Shown one piece after another: positions 9,486 through 19,990 of a stretch of DNA of 64,000 bases; the first letter of the stretch is position 1; every line of letters begins with the position of its first letter. Made by a program: the position numbers and the translations under genes. The notes under the pieces were generated by a model. That model was not told the DNA's origin. It made no database searches and saw only the letters and a list, made by a program, of their open reading frames with translations. This DNA is from an uncultured bacterium (lineage in GTDB: Bacteria; Zhuqueibacterota; QNDG01; DTFT01): NCBI GenBank assembly GCA_963736115.1, contig CAVTNR010000012.1, forward strand, positions 192,001 to 256,000, in the 5' to 3' direction.

Positions 9486-10850
9486 TTATTCTTTCTTCTT
9501 CGGCTCTATCCCGTATGTCTTCAGCTTCCGCCACAGGGTGGTGGTGGAAATGCCCAGCGTGTCCGAGGCCTGCTTCTGGTTCCACTGGTACTTTTCCAGC
9601 GTCTTGAGGATGTAATGCTTCTCGACTTCCTCGAGCGTCTGCTCCCCGAGGTTGTCCGGGATGTCCGGCCCGCGGCGCAGGGTGTCGCGGAGGGACTGGG
9701 GCAGGTCTTCGGGCGTGAGGGTATTGTGGTTCGTGAGAATCACGGCCCGTTCGATCACGTTCTCCAGCTCGCGGACGTTTCCCGGCCAGTGGTACCCGGT
9801 GAAAATTTTCATGGCTTCGGTCGAGATGGACGTGACGTTCTTGTTCTCCTTCTCCGCGAACCGCTTCAGAAAATGGTTGAATAGCAGGGGAATGTCGTCC
9901 TTCCGGCTCCTGAGGGCCGGCAGATGAATGGGAATCACGTTCAGACGGTAGAACAGGTCCTCGCGGAAGCGGCCCTCCTCGATGAGCTTGGGCAGTTCCT
10001 TGTTGGTGGCCGCGATGAGCCGCACGTCGACGTTCAGGGGATCCACGTCTCCCACCCGCCGGATCTCGCCGTCCTGCAGGAAGCGGAGCAGTTTGACCTG
10101 CGTGGAGAGCGCGGTCTCGCCGATCTCGTCAAGAAACAGCGTGCCGCCGTCCGCCTCCTGAAACAGCCCGCGCTTGTCGCGGATCGCCCCGGTGAACGAG
10201 CCGCGCACGTGCCCGAACAGCTCGCTCTCCAGGAGATTCTCCGGAATGGCGCCGCAGTTGATGGTGATGAAGGCGCGGTTCTTCCTCCGGCTGTTCAGGT
10301 GGATGGCCTTCGCGACCAGCTCCTTGCCGGTCCCGCTGTCGCCGGAGATCAGCACGGTGCTGTCGGTCTTCGCGATCTTCGACACCATGCCGAGCACCTC
10401 GAACATCTCCTTCGAATTGCCGATGATGTTCTCGAACTTGTATTTCTCCTTGAGCTCGTTCTGGAGCTGTTCGACCTCGCAGATGAGGTTCCTGTGCTCC
10501 AGCGCCTTCCCCACCAGCAGGAGCAGTTCGTCCTTCTCAAACGGCTTCTGGATGTAGTCGTAGGCACCCGACTTGATGGCCTCCACCCCGCTCTCGACCG
10601 TGCTGTAGGCGGTCATGACCAGGACCTCCGAGGAGGGATTCAGGGTCTTGACCTCGCGCAGAACGGCCAGGCCGTCCATTGGCTCCATCTTCAGGTCGGT
10701 GATGATGAGGTCGAAGAACCGGGTCTTGAACTTGTCGAGCCCCTCGGTTCCGCTGGACGCCTCCTCGACCCGGTATCCCATTTTCTGGAGCATCATCGCC
10801 AGGGTCGTGCGCACCGATTTCTCGTCGTCGATCAGCAGAATGTCCGCCAT
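9486..10850 (-). CDS. sigma54-dependent response regulator (NtrC/AtoC/ZraR family)
   Basis: REC + AAA+ ([29 protein letters not shown]) + Fis HTH. Confidence 0.96.
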   Translation of the reverse strand: MADILLIDDEKSVRTTLAMMLQKMGYRVEEASSGTEGLDKFKTRFFDLIITDLKMEPMDGLAVLREVKTLNPSSEVLVMTAYSTVESGVEAIKSGAYDYIQKPFEKDELLLLVGKALEHRNLICEVEQLQNELKEKYKFENIIGNSKEMFEVLGMVSKIAKTDSTVLISGDSGTGKELVAKAIHLNSRRKNRAFITINCGAIPENLLESELFGHVRGSFTGAIRDKRGLFQEADGGTLFLDEIGETALSTQVKLLRFLQDGEIRRVGDVDPLNVDVRLIAATNKELPKLIEEGRFREDLFYRLNVIPIHLPALRSRKDDIPLLFNHFLKRFAEKENKNVTSISTEAMKIFTGYHWPGNVRELENVIERAVILTNHNTLTPEDLPQSLRDTLRRGPDIPDNLGEQTLEEVEKHYILKTLEKYQWNQKQASDTLGISTTTLWRKLKTYGIEPKKKE

Positions 10851-10869
10851 GACCGGTCCCTTCCTCCCT

Positions 10870-13068
10870 CTATACTGTCTTGGGTGTGAGCCGGAGCCTC
10901 ACGATGAAGGCCGAGCCCCGGTCGACTTCGCTTCTCAGGATGATCTCGCCGTCATGCTCCTGAATAATGCGGCGGCAGATGGCGAGCCCCATGCCCGTCC
11001 CCTTCTCCTTGGTCGAGTAGAAGGGCTGAAAAATCTTTTCACGCTCCGATTCCGGCACGCCCGTGCCCGTGTCCGAAACGGAAACACAGGCGCACGCGTC
11101 CGCGTCGTCGCCGGAGAGAGTCGTGCGGACCGCGAGCGAACCGCCCGACGGCATGGCGTCCATCCCGTTCTGAATGAGGTTGGTCAGCACCTGCTGCAGC
11201 TGGTGCCGGTCGACGGGCACCTCGGTCACGGCGGGGTCGTAGTCCTCGACCCAGTCGATGCCGGGACGCGACGGCTCCCGGTTCCGCTTCACGATGTCGC
11301 GGACGAGCCGGTTGAGTTCCTCTTTCTGGATGGCCGGCTTTTTCGGCCGGGCGAATTTCAGAAAATCATCGACGATCGCGGCCAGGTGGTCCGTCTCCTC
11401 CTTGACGACGTCGAGGATCTGACGGCCTTCGGTCGTCAGTCCGGTTTCGTCCTTGAGGAGAGAGGCGGAGGTGGTGATGGCCACCAGCGGGTTCCGGATC
11501 TCGTGCGCGATGCCGGCCGAGAGCTCGCCGATGGCGGCCAGCTCCTCGCTCTTGAAAAGCCGCCGCTCGAGTTCGCGTTCGCGTGTCATGTCGATCAGCG
11601 ATACGAGCAGGTCCGCGGAGCCGGGTATGGGATCGGTGGTCAGGTGGACGTGGCGCAGGCGCCCGTTCCGATCCTCGAACAGGAACTCCCGGTTCTGGTT
11701 CCAGGCCCCGGCGTTTCCCGAGTAGAGCAGGGGAAGCTGCGATTTGCCGCTGAAAAACTGGAAAATGGACATCTGGCCTACGATCTCCTCACGGTCGTAT
11801 CCGCTGAGGGCCTCGAAGGCCCGGTTCACCTGCTTGAACCGGTTCTGATCGTCGAGGATCGCGAGGCTCATGCCGCCCGACTCGAACAGGTTCCGGTACC
11901 GCTCCTCCGAGGTTTTAATCTGCTCATAGAGTTGCGCGTTCTCGACGGCGTTGGCGGCCTGTTCGGCCACCATGACCAGGGTCCGGACGTCCTCGTCCGC
12001 GAAGACGCCGTCGCCGAGGTAGAAAACGCCGATCACGCCGAGCGTGTCGCCGCCGCTGAGGATGGGCGCGAATGCCCAGTTCGAACTCCGGGTCCGTTTC
12101 ATCCACTGCCGGAAAGCTTCGTCGGTGACCCCGTCCGGATCGGCGCAGATCACGGGCTTCTGCGCCAGAGAAGCTTCGAGCGCCGGATTGGCCATGGGCA
12201 GTTCGAGTGTGAACGCCACGTCGACGCACCGGGCCGTCATGCCCGCGCCGAATCCGGCCTTGCCCCGTATGGTTGCGGCCTTGACGTCCATCAGTCCGAT
12301 CCAGGCCTGGTCGAAACCCAGGGCCTGCACGAGGACCTTGGCGATATCCTGCAGGGTGCTGTCGAGCGTACCGAGATGCCGGGTGGCCGTGATGACCCGG
12401 CTCATCGCGATGTACCGGTGCGCTTTCTGTTCGGCCTGTTCATGGTCCGTGGCGTTCCGGAGGGCGAGCCCCAGTTGGCGGCCGATTTCCTCGAGCAGAA
12501 TGCGCTCCGCTTCCCCGAAAGTCCGGACGCGGTCCATGTGACAGGACAGCACGCCGATCGTCCGTCCATGGTCCATAACCGGAACGCCGGCGTATGTGAC
12601 GGTCTGCTCCGGGCCTGCCTCCTGCGGATCGGATCCGGGATGCTCGGGATAGCGGGAGAGATACAGGGGGTTTCCGTTGCGAATGATGCGCCCTGCCGGT
12701 CCGTGCTCGGGCGTCAGGTCGGACTCTCGGATGAAGTCCGGGGACAGCCCGAACCGGCCGGCCAGACGCAGGGTTCCGGACTCAGGATGGTTGAAGCTCC
12801 CCGCCGCAAGCGTCGGGGAATCTTCTATCCGTAGAGAAGAGACTTTTGATATTCGCTCGCTAGCCCCGCGGCAAGCCGCGGGGAATGCGCTCGCTGTCAG
12901 ATTCAGGTGGATATCCACGCCCCCGAATCCGAAACGGCGGCGCATCCACTCGCCCGCGGACCTGAGCACGTCCGTCGTTCGGAGGCTCTCATGGAGCGAG
13001 GCAAAAAAACGCCAGCCTTCGATCGTCGGATCGACCTGGGGCCCGGTGGGTGTGGTTTCTTTCCGCAT
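10870..13068 (-). CDS. GAF-GAF-PAS sensor histidine kinase
   Basis: H-box IAHEIRNPL, N-box, DTGTG, FYSTKEKGTGMGL; no obvious TM segment. Confidence 0.93.
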   Translation of the reverse strand: MRKETTPTGPQVDPTIEGWRFFASLHESLRTTDVLRSAGEWMRRRFGFGGVDIHLNLTASAFPAACRGASERISKVSSLRIEDSPTLAAGSFNHPESGTLRLAGRFGLSPDFIRESDLTPEHGPAGRIIRNGNPLYLSRYPEHPGSDPQEAGPEQTVTYAGVPVMDHGRTIGVLSCHMDRVRTFGEAERILLEEIGRQLGLALRNATDHEQAEQKAHRYIAMSRVITATRHLGTLDSTLQDIAKVLVQALGFDQAWIGLMDVKAATIRGKAGFGAGMTARCVDVAFTLELPMANPALEASLAQKPVICADPDGVTDEAFRQWMKRTRSSNWAFAPILSGGDTLGVIGVFYLGDGVFADEDVRTLVMVAEQAANAVENAQLYEQIKTSEERYRNLFESGGMSLAILDDQNRFKQVNRAFEALSGYDREEIVGQMSIFQFFSGKSQLPLLYSGNAGAWNQNREFLFEDRNGRLRHVHLTTDPIPGSADLLVSLIDMTRERELERRLFKSEELAAIGELSAGIAHEIRNPLVAITTSASLLKDETGLTTEGRQILDVVKEETDHLAAIVDDFLKFARPKKPAIQKEELNRLVRDIVKRNREPSRPGIDWVEDYDPAVTEVPVDRHQLQQVLTNLIQNGMDAMPSGGSLAVRTTLSGDDADACACVSVSDTGTGVPESEREKIFQPFYSTKEKGTGMGLAICRRIIQEHDGEIILRSEVDRGSAFIVRLRLTPKTV

Positions 13069-13083
13069 CGCTGAGACGCCCGT

Positions 13084-13641
13084 TCAGGCCCGGTGCGGCC
13101 AGACCACGCCGCCGGTTAAACGCCCGATGAGAATGAAGAGCAGGAGCATGGCGATCGAGACCAGAATGGCGATCGAGACCGCGCGCTCGGCCGGAACGCC
13201 GAGAACGGCCGGCAGGCCGCGCATCAGCAGAAAGATTCCGGCCATCCCGGCGATCGGGACGAGTATCATGAGCGGCGGAACCAGGTACAGGGCGCCGGCC
13301 GCGAACCAGGGCGCGAGCGAGTAGGCGGCAACCTTGAAACAGCCGGGCTCGTTCTCCTCGGCGCCGAACGGTGCGGCCAGCAGGCCGATCAGCCGCGACA
13401 CGGCCCAGACCAGCGCAATCGACAGGGCGTACAACAGGGCGGCCCGGGCCAGGGAGCCCCAGAATCCGGCGATCACCCACCAACCCAGAAAATGGGCGAC
13501 GGCCGGAACGGCCGCGAGCTTGAATACGACTTCCCTCAGCAGATCCGGGATGGCGTCTGATTCCGCCTTCACCGTCTGCCAGGTGGTGTCCGGATCGAGG
13601 AAAAGCCCCCGTATCCGGCTGATCAAAATCCTGTTGTCCAT
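13084..13641 (-). CDS. Yip1-family membrane protein
   Basis: LFLDP..TW..VK.E, AAYS..P.F.AG pattern, multiple TM helices. Confidence 0.75.
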   Translation of the reverse strand: MDNRILISRIRGLFLDPDTTWQTVKAESDAIPDLLREVVFKLAAVPAVAHFLGWWVIAGFWGSLARAALLYALSIALVWAVSRLIGLLAAPFGAEENEPGCFKVAAYSLAPWFAAGALYLVPPLMILVPIAGMAGIFLLMRGLPAVLGVPAERAVSIAILVSIAMLLLFILIGRLTGGVVWPHRA

Positions 13642-13675
13642 GGCTGTTCCGCTCCGCCGGTCAGGCGGCCTATGC

Positions 13676-14200
13676 TTACCGGGTTCTCTGAATGACGTGA
13701 AAACCGACAGCCGTGCGGATCGGACCGCCGACCTGCCCGACGTTGAGACCGAAGGCGACCTCCTCGAACGCGGGCATGAGGTCGCCGCGCTTGAAATCGC
13801 CCATGTCGCCGCCCCGGGCCGCGCTGGCCGCGTCTATCGACCGGCTCGCCGCGATGTCCCCGAAGGGAGTGCCGGATTTCAGGTCGCGGAGCACACGGCT
13901 GGCCTCCTCCTCCGTGGCCACGACGATGTGGCTCAGGTGGATGGAAAAGCCCGCGACCTGCGTCGGATCGGCGGTCAGTGATTTTTCCCATATCCAGCCG
14001 GTGACCTGCACTTTCACCCAGTCCGGACGTTTCTCGAGCACTTCCACCCGGGTTCCGGATGTGACCTCGCCGATACGTTCGCCGTTCGGTCCGTTCCGAA
14101 GGTTTTCCGAATTCTCCCGCACGTAGAGTCCGCCGCTCTGGCCGGACAGGCCGGCCGCGCCGGCCAGCAGGAACAGCATCCATACATTCATCGGTCTCAT
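13676..14200 (-). CDS. Secreted SH3 + parvulin (PpiC-type) peptidyl-prolyl isomerase
   Basis: Signal peptide; ENLRNGP...WVKVQVTGWIW; SHIVV...GGDMG.F....MPAFEEVAF...GFHVI. Confidence 0.88.
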   Translation of the reverse strand: MRPMNVWMLFLLAGAAGLSGQSGGLYVRENSENLRNGPNGERIGEVTSGTRVEVLEKRPDWVKVQVTGWIWEKSLTADPTQVAGFSIHLSHIVVATEEEASRVLRDLKSGTPFGDIAASRSIDAASAARGGDMGDFKRGDLMPAFEEVAFGLNVGQVGGPIRTAVGFHVIQRTR

Positions 14201-14222
14201 GAAGCACCGGCCTCCTGATGCG

Positions 14223-14849
14223 TTATCGGATCAAGGTCAATTTGCCGGACCGGCTTCGGGCCGCTCCGGTCAGCGTGGCGATGTACAAACCGGAACGGAC
14301 CGGCGATCCGGCATCGTCCAGTCCGTCCCAGATGAAAGCGTGCGCGCCCGCGGCCAGCGGACCGGAATGAACCGTGCGGACGCGGCGCCCCAGCACGTCT
14401 GAAATGCAGAGCCGTGTATTGCACGAATCGGACAGAAAAGCCCAGATGGCCGAAATGCCCCGGGATGGATTAGGGAAAACGGAAGTGATCCCCGGAGCCG
14501 CCGAGCCGGCCGGTTCCGGTCCGACCGTGAAGGAAATTTCATCGGAAAAGGCGCTCTCATTGCCTGACTCATCCAGGGCTGTGACCGCGCAGTAATATCG
14601 CTTCCCGGATTGAAGGACTGAAATGTCGAATAAATTGGCCAAGCCCGCATCGAACATTCTGGAATAATCGGAGGAAGCTTCACCGCAATAAACGCGATAC
14701 CCGTAAATATCCGATTCCGGGCTCAAACGCCAGGCAAGAACTTCCCTTCCATTCGATTTCGAAAAAATGGGATGGATACATCCAAAAAAGAAAGACAACA
14801 GGATGGCGATTCTTGCTGATTTAAAATAAATGGTTCGGGTATTTTTCAC
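14223..14849 (-). CDS. Secreted FN3 + FlgD-Ig/CTD protein
   Basis: GYRVY..., YYCAVTALD.SGNES.FS FN3 motif; FPNP...WDGLDDAG.PV.SGLY. Confidence 0.7.
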   Translation of the reverse strand: MKNTRTIYFKSARIAILLSFFFGCIHPIFSKSNGREVLAWRLSPESDIYGYRVYCGEASSDYSRMFDAGLANLFDISVLQSGKRYYCAVTALDESGNESAFSDEISFTVGPEPAGSAAPGITSVFPNPSRGISAIWAFLSDSCNTRLCISDVLGRRVRTVHSGPLAAGAHAFIWDGLDDAGSPVRSGLYIATLTGAARSRSGKLTLIR

Positions 14850-14930
14850 AATGAAATCAATCCGAAATTTCGTTCAACTTGGATCGGCAATTTCATATTG
14901 AAAATACGAAATTTCGTTTTAATTTGCAAG

Positions 14931-16220
14931 TTATTTCTCGTCAAATCCGGTGCCTTTCCACAATACATCGATCTGTTCCCTTTGACGTATCATCTTGAAT
15001 CCGCTGCCGCTGACCAGGACTTCAGCGGCCCTGGGCCGTCCATTGTAATTGGATGAAAGCGAATACCCGTAGGCGCCCGCCCCTGTGAGCGCCAGCAGTT
15101 CGCCTCTCCTCACTGCGGCAAGCGGCCGGTCATGCGCGAAAAAATCGCCCGATTCACAGATGGGGCCCACGATGTCCGCGCGTCCCGCGGGCTTGCCGCG
15201 TTTCTGACGGACAGGCACAATCTGGTGATAGGCGTCGTACAGGCTCGGCCGGATCAGATCGTTCATCCCCGCGTCGAGAATGACGAATCGGCGGCCCCCG
15301 TTTTCCTTGGTGACCGTCACGGATGCGACCAGGGCGCCCGCGTCCGCGATAAGGAAACGGCCCGGCTCGAAAAGCATCCGGATTCCGGCATCGGACAGAA
15401 TCGGCAGCACCTCATCGAACAGCCGTTTGGGACCGGTCGGCAAAGGCCTCTCCGGATTCGGATCCGCGCCGGTCTCGACGATGCGCTGATAATCGATGCC
15501 CCATCCCCCACCGAGATCGACAAATTCGAGCCGGATCCGGTGCGAACGCAGTTCCCGGACGAGGCGGGCCAGAAAACGCGCCGCTTCCGCGAAGGGCGCT
15601 GTTTCGAGGATCTGCGAGCCGATGTGGCAATGCACGCCGACCGTCGTGATGCCGGACAGGGATGCGGCGAGCCGGAACGCCTCCACGGCCCGGTCGGCTG
15701 GAATGCCGAATTTGCTCTCCCGGAGTCCTGTTGCGATATAGGGATGGGTGCGGGGATCCACCATCGGATTCACGCGGATGGAGACACGCGCCTTTTTCCG
15801 CATCGCTGAGGCGATGCGGGACACGGCGGAAAGTTCCTCGAATGACTCCGCGTTCAGGCTGTACACGCCCGCGGCCACGGCCGCGCCGATCTCGGCATCG
15901 GTTTTCCCCACGCCTGAAAATAGAATGCGGTCCGCCGGCACGCCGGCCATCAGGGCCAGCCGGAGCTCTCCGCCGGAGACGATGTCCGCGCCGGCTCCCC
16001 GTTCCGCGAGGATCCGGATGATGTGCGGATTGGCGTTGGCTTTGACCGCGTAGGCGATCAGGTGCGGCTTTTTCCCGAGGGGTTTTTCCGCCGCGTTCCA
16101 ATTGGCGATCAGCCGCTTTCGGCTGTACACGTAGAACGGCGTGCCGACTTCCCGGGCGATGCGGTCCAGGGGCGCCGACTCGCAGTGGAGAATTCCGTTC
16201 CGGTATTGAAAAACACCCAT
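14931..16220 (-). CDS. lysA: Diaminopimelate decarboxylase
   Basis: YAVKAN PLP lysine, HCHIGSQ, EPGR, GPICESGD, SSNYN; likely start MGVFQY at 16220. Confidence 0.96.
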   Translation of the reverse strand: MGVFQYRNGILHCESAPLDRIAREVGTPFYVYSRKRLIANWNAAEKPLGKKPHLIAYAVKANANPHIIRILAERGAGADIVSGGELRLALMAGVPADRILFSGVGKTDAEIGAAVAAGVYSLNAESFEELSAVSRIASAMRKKARVSIRVNPMVDPRTHPYIATGLRESKFGIPADRAVEAFRLAASLSGITTVGVHCHIGSQILETAPFAEAARFLARLVRELRSHRIRLEFVDLGGGWGIDYQRIVETGADPNPERPLPTGPKRLFDEVLPILSDAGIRMLFEPGRFLIADAGALVASVTVTKENGGRRFVILDAGMNDLIRPSLYDAYHQIVPVRQKRGKPAGRADIVGPICESGDFFAHDRPLAAVRRGELLALTGAGAYGYSLSSNYNGRPRAAEVLVSGSGFKMIRQREQIDVLWKGTGFDEK

Positions 16221-16305
16221 TCGGCCGTCCGTTTCGTTGGTTGATTCCGGCCAATTTAACAAGAATCGCCGGCATTTCAAAGGGGTTTGGAAGGGACGGG
16301 CTTTC

Positions 16306-16334
16306 TTGACATTCGGGAGGTGAATCGTTATATT
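16306..16334 (+). promoter_or_regulatory. sigma70 promoter for S41 protease
   Basis: TTGACA-17-TATATT. Confidence 0.7.
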
Positions 16335-16473
16335 CGTTAAGCCAACCGTATCATCGCGCCATGATCGGGGTTGGACGCCCCGGTCTTCGTCGCGCAAATG
16401 TCCCGCTCATCCCCGCCGCCGGACGGGCTCGTCATGATCTTCCCGGAGACAGCGCACAAACAAACGGAACCGG

Positions 16474-18090
16474 ATGATGAGAAATCGGATCTCGAATCAA
16501 AGAACCTGGAAGATGATCGTTCTGACCGCCGCTTTCCTGCTGTTCGCCGGCGCGACCGTGACGGCATTCGATGCCGGACGGTCGTTGTACACGAAACTGA
16601 AGGTGTTCGGCGACCTGCTCGAAAAGGTCCGCTCCGACTACATCGACGAGAAGGACCCGGGAACACTCGTGGACAGCGCCATCCGCGGGCTCGTGTCCGA
16701 CCTGGATCCGCACTCCTCCTATTACACCAAGGAGCAGTACGACCGCTGGAACCAGGATTTCGAGGGGTATTCCGGAATCGGAATCTATTTCGACGTGATC
16801 GACGGCCGCATCACCGTGGTTTCCGTCATCCGCGGCGGTCCGGCCGAGAAGGTCGGCCTGGCCGTGGGAGACCGCATCGTCACCATCGGGGGCGAATCGG
16901 TCATCGGCATCCGCCGCGACGACGTCCCGCTCCGGCTGATGGGTCCCCGCGGCACCAAGGTGGAGATCTGGGTTGAACGCAGCGGCTGGACGCGGCCGCG
17001 GATGTATTCCATCGTGCGCGAGGAAGTGCACCTCGAGTCCGTGGCCAATGCCTTCATCATCAAGCCGCAGGTTGGGTACATCGGCATCGGCCGCTTCGCT
17101 TCCACGACGGAGCAGGAGATGGAGAAGGCCCTGCAGAAACTCGAGCTGATGGGCATGCGACAGCTCGTGGTGGACCTTCGTCAGAACGGCGGCGGATACC
17201 TCGATGCGGCGGTGCGCGTGGCGGACAAATTTCTGCCCGGCGGCCGGAAGATCACCTACACCGAGGGGCGGAACCGGGAGTCGTCCCGCGAGTACTACTC
17301 CACCCAGCGGAACGGTCACCCGCTGCTTCCGATGATCGTGCTGATCGACCGGACCTCGGCATCGGCGTCGGAAATCCTGGCCGGCGCGCTCCAGGACTGG
17401 GACCGCGCGCTCATCGTGGGGGAAACGAGTTTCGGCAAGGGCCTCGTGCAGACGCCGTACAAGTTCGTCGACGGCTCTGCCCTCCTGCTCACCACTGCCC
17501 GGTACCATACGCCGTCGGGCCGGGTGATCCAGAGACCCTTCGACGGCGTTTCGGATGAAAAGTACTACGATGAAATATTCGACGAGACATGGCGCCGGAA
17601 GGAGCGGAACCGGACGGACCGCCCGGCCTTCCAGACGCTGATTCTGAAACGCCGCGTATTCGGAGGCGGCGGCATCTCGCCGGATGTCCATTTCCGGTCC
17701 GAACCGGACACCGTGCGGCGCGCCCTGCGCGAGTGGCTGGCCGCGCCGCAAAGGCCCTTCTTCACCTATGTCGAGCAGTTCGCGAACCTCCGCCCGGGCA
17801 TCGGCGAGATGGATCAGTTTGATTTTCTGAGGAATTTCCGGTTCAGCGACGCTGAAGTCACCGCTTTCCGCGGCTATCTGCGGGCGTCCGGCGCGGACGT
17901 CGCCGCGGCGGAATTCGAAAAATCCCGCGAGGACGTGGGATACTTTCTGAAAAAGACGCTGGCGGAGAAGCTCTGGGGAGACGATGCGGGATTCAAGGTG
18001 CAGGCCTTCCGCGACCGGCAGCTGCTCGAGGCGCTGAATCACCTGCCCGAAGCCGTGGACCTGCTCGAAAAGGCGTACCCGGTGCGGTAA
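16474..18090 (+). CDS. Carboxyl-terminal processing protease, S41A family (PDZ)
   Basis: LDPHSSY, DLRQNGGG, SASASEI, SFGKGLVQ. Confidence 0.95.
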   Translation: MMRNRISNQRTWKMIVLTAAFLLFAGATVTAFDAGRSLYTKLKVFGDLLEKVRSDYIDEKDPGTLVDSAIRGLVSDLDPHSSYYTKEQYDRWNQDFEGYSGIGIYFDVIDGRITVVSVIRGGPAEKVGLAVGDRIVTIGGESVIGIRRDDVPLRLMGPRGTKVEIWVERSGWTRPRMYSIVREEVHLESVANAFIIKPQVGYIGIGRFASTTEQEMEKALQKLELMGMRQLVVDLRQNGGGYLDAAVRVADKFLPGGRKITYTEGRNRESSREYYSTQRNGHPLLPMIVLIDRTSASASEILAGALQDWDRALIVGETSFGKGLVQTPYKFVDGSALLLTTARYHTPSGRVIQRPFDGVSDEKYYDEIFDETWRRKERNRTDRPAFQTLILKRRVFGGGGISPDVHFRSEPDTVRRALREWLAAPQRPFFTYVEQFANLRPGIGEMDQFDFLRNFRFSDAEVTAFRGYLRASGADVAAAEFEKSREDVGYFLKKTLAEKLWGDDAGFKVQAFRDRQLLEALNHLPEAVDLLEKAYPVR

Positions 18091-18094
18091 AAAC

Positions 18095-18380
18095 AGTTCT
18101 GAGTTCCGAGTTCCGCGTCAGTAGCCCACGGCTTCAGCCGTGGGTAGTAGCAGGTCCGATATGCCGAGCGTTCTATCCGCGAGGCTATCGGACATTCTTT
18201 CACGATTTCCGGGTTCCAATTATAAAAAACGGCAACCTTCTTCTGGAAGCTTGCCGTTTTTATCATTGAAATCCTGTTCTTTTGAATTCGGAACCCGGAA
18301 CCCGAAACTCGGAACCGTATGATCTCCTCGCAGGCCTTCAATATACCTCAGATACAATCGATTGGTCCCGCTCCACGGGA
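18095..18380. repeat. Cluster of orphan repeats between convergent genes
   Basis: GTTCCGA heptamers; GTAGCCCACGGCTTCAGCCGTGGG (18121-18144); REP variant 18150-18193; AACCCGG heptamers 18289-18316; CCTTCAAT-N13-TTGGTCCCG unit 18335-18380. Confidence 0.75.
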
Positions 18381-18503
18381 GGCTCCAGCCCCTGCGCCGC
18401 CGACAAACCGCGCATGTCCGCCTGCGTCTTCAGCCTTTCACGATGTAACTCTGAAGGAAAAATTCCGGAATTTAATGTAATCCATCCACTGACGGATTCC
18501 ACT

Positions 18504-18929
18504 TCAGCCCGGAACCGCATTTCTCCGCAATCTCCCGCAAACGGAACACCGGCGGTGATGCACGTCTACCGTCCCGCCGCACGCCGTACAGGCCCATCTC
18601 TTCTTCTCATCCGCGGTGAATTTCCGGATCCCGTGCTTCTGGATATTCGCGAGATTTTCAATCATACTCATTCCATAGCGGGTCCGGTACCGCTTGTCCA
18701 GATCCTTCAACCTGCGGCAGGGCAGTGTCTCACAATCGAAGCAGTACCGGATTGTCCCGCTCCTGATTGATTCGCAATTCTTGATTTTGCATCGGGCTAT
18801 CGAACAGGCATCCAGGACATTGTCGGACCTGCATCCCCCGCATCGGTTCTTCTCTCTGAGATACCCGGAGCAGATGCCGCAGTTCATGCCGCAGGGAGCG
18901 ATCAACGCGGTCGCATGGAGCCGTTTCAT
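18504..18929 (-). CDS. DUF3795 Cys-rich protein
   Basis: APCGMNCGIC...CGGC...CKIKNC...YCFDCE..PC; C-terminal CxxC pairs. Confidence 0.8.
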   Translation of the reverse strand: MKRLHATALIAPCGMNCGICSGYLREKNRCGGCRSDNVLDACSIARCKIKNCESIRSGTIRYCFDCETLPCRRLKDLDKRYRTRYGMSMIENLANIQKHGIRKFTADEKKRWACTACGGTVDVHHRRCSVCGRLRRNAVPG

Positions 18930-19903
18930 TCAGGAACCTTTTTTTGTGTTTCCAGCCGCCGCCGGGGATGATAATGCACATACACCTTCCGGAGCATGTG
19001 AATTTCGCGGACCAGATGCGCCTCGATTGCGTCGGCGATTCGATCGCCCTCGTACACGCTGAGGCGTCCGTCGATGGCGACCGTGATGTTGACCACGAAA
19101 TAGGGGCCGAACCGGTGCGCGTGAATGGACTCGATGCGCCGGATCGACCGGAATCCGGAGAGTTTTTTCCGGATCGATGCGTCGATTTCCCGGCTCGGGA
19201 CCGAGTCCATGAGTTCTTCCGAGGATTCGCGGAGTATATCCACTCCGGTTTTCGTCACCAGAACGGCCACGACGGCGCCCGCCACGGGATCCATCCATTC
19301 CACTCCGAGTATTCCGAATCCGATGCCGATGGCCGCGCCGGCCGATGCGAAGATGTCGTTCCGGTGGTCCCGGGCCAGCGCGGATATGGTGATGTTGCCC
19401 GTTCTCCGACTGACTTTCGAAGCCTGAAGCATCAGAAGGATCTTGAGAGCGATGGTGAAAAAGGCCACCCATAAAGTGAACCGCCGGATGGGCTCCTGGG
19501 GAGTGTTCCCGGTCCACATGTCGAAAGCCGCGTTCGCGGAGTCCCAGAAAATCGTCATCCCCGTGGTGATCACGAAAGCCCCGACCACGACCGCCGAGAT
19601 GCTCTCAAACTGGTGGTGCCCGTAGGGATGCTCCGGGTCCGCGGGTTTCGCGGAAAGGGACGTGAAAATCCGCACCACAATGAAATACACGACATCCGAG
19701 ATGGAATTGACTCCATCCGCCAGCAGCGCCTGGCTGTGGCCGAAAATTCCCGCCGCCAGCTTGGAAATGGCCAGCACGGCGTTGGCGGCCAATCCCAGAT
19801 TGACGACGAGCGCCGCATCCGAACGGCGTTTCCTCTCCGCCGATCTTTCCTCGCCACCCAGGAACTCTTGCGTCAAAATAGTGTTTTGAGATCCGCCTTT
19901 CAT
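18926..19903 (-). CDS. Cation diffusion facilitator transporter (FieF-like)
   Basis: SQALLADG.NS.SD, KPAD.EHPYGH, DHRND, C-terminal dimerisation domain. Confidence 0.92.
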   Translation of the reverse strand: MKGGSQNTILTQEFLGGEERSAERKRRSDAALVVNLGLAANAVLAISKLAAGIFGHSQALLADGVNSISDVVYFIVVRIFTSLSAKPADPEHPYGHHQFESISAVVVGAFVITTGMTIFWDSANAAFDMWTGNTPQEPIRRFTLWVAFFTIALKILLMLQASKVSRRTGNITISALARDHRNDIFASAGAAIGIGFGILGVEWMDPVAGAVVAVLVTKTGVDILRESSEELMDSVPSREIDASIRKKLSGFRSIRRIESIHAHRFGPYFVVNITVAIDGRLSVYEGDRIADAIEAHLVREIHMLRKVYVHYHPRRRLETQKKVPE

Positions 19904-19990
19904 TCAGCCTCATCTCTTGGAATCGTTTTCCGGTCAGGAAATCTTCTGAACGGAGGTTCCCTTCATGAAATATTTAAATGCCTGCAAACT

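Noticed and set aside
18039-18520. Small ORFs 18039-18341, 18338-18520, and likewise 41416-41716, 20906-21148, 44626-44994
   Set aside because: They translate repeat or regulatory DNA; no SD or family motifs
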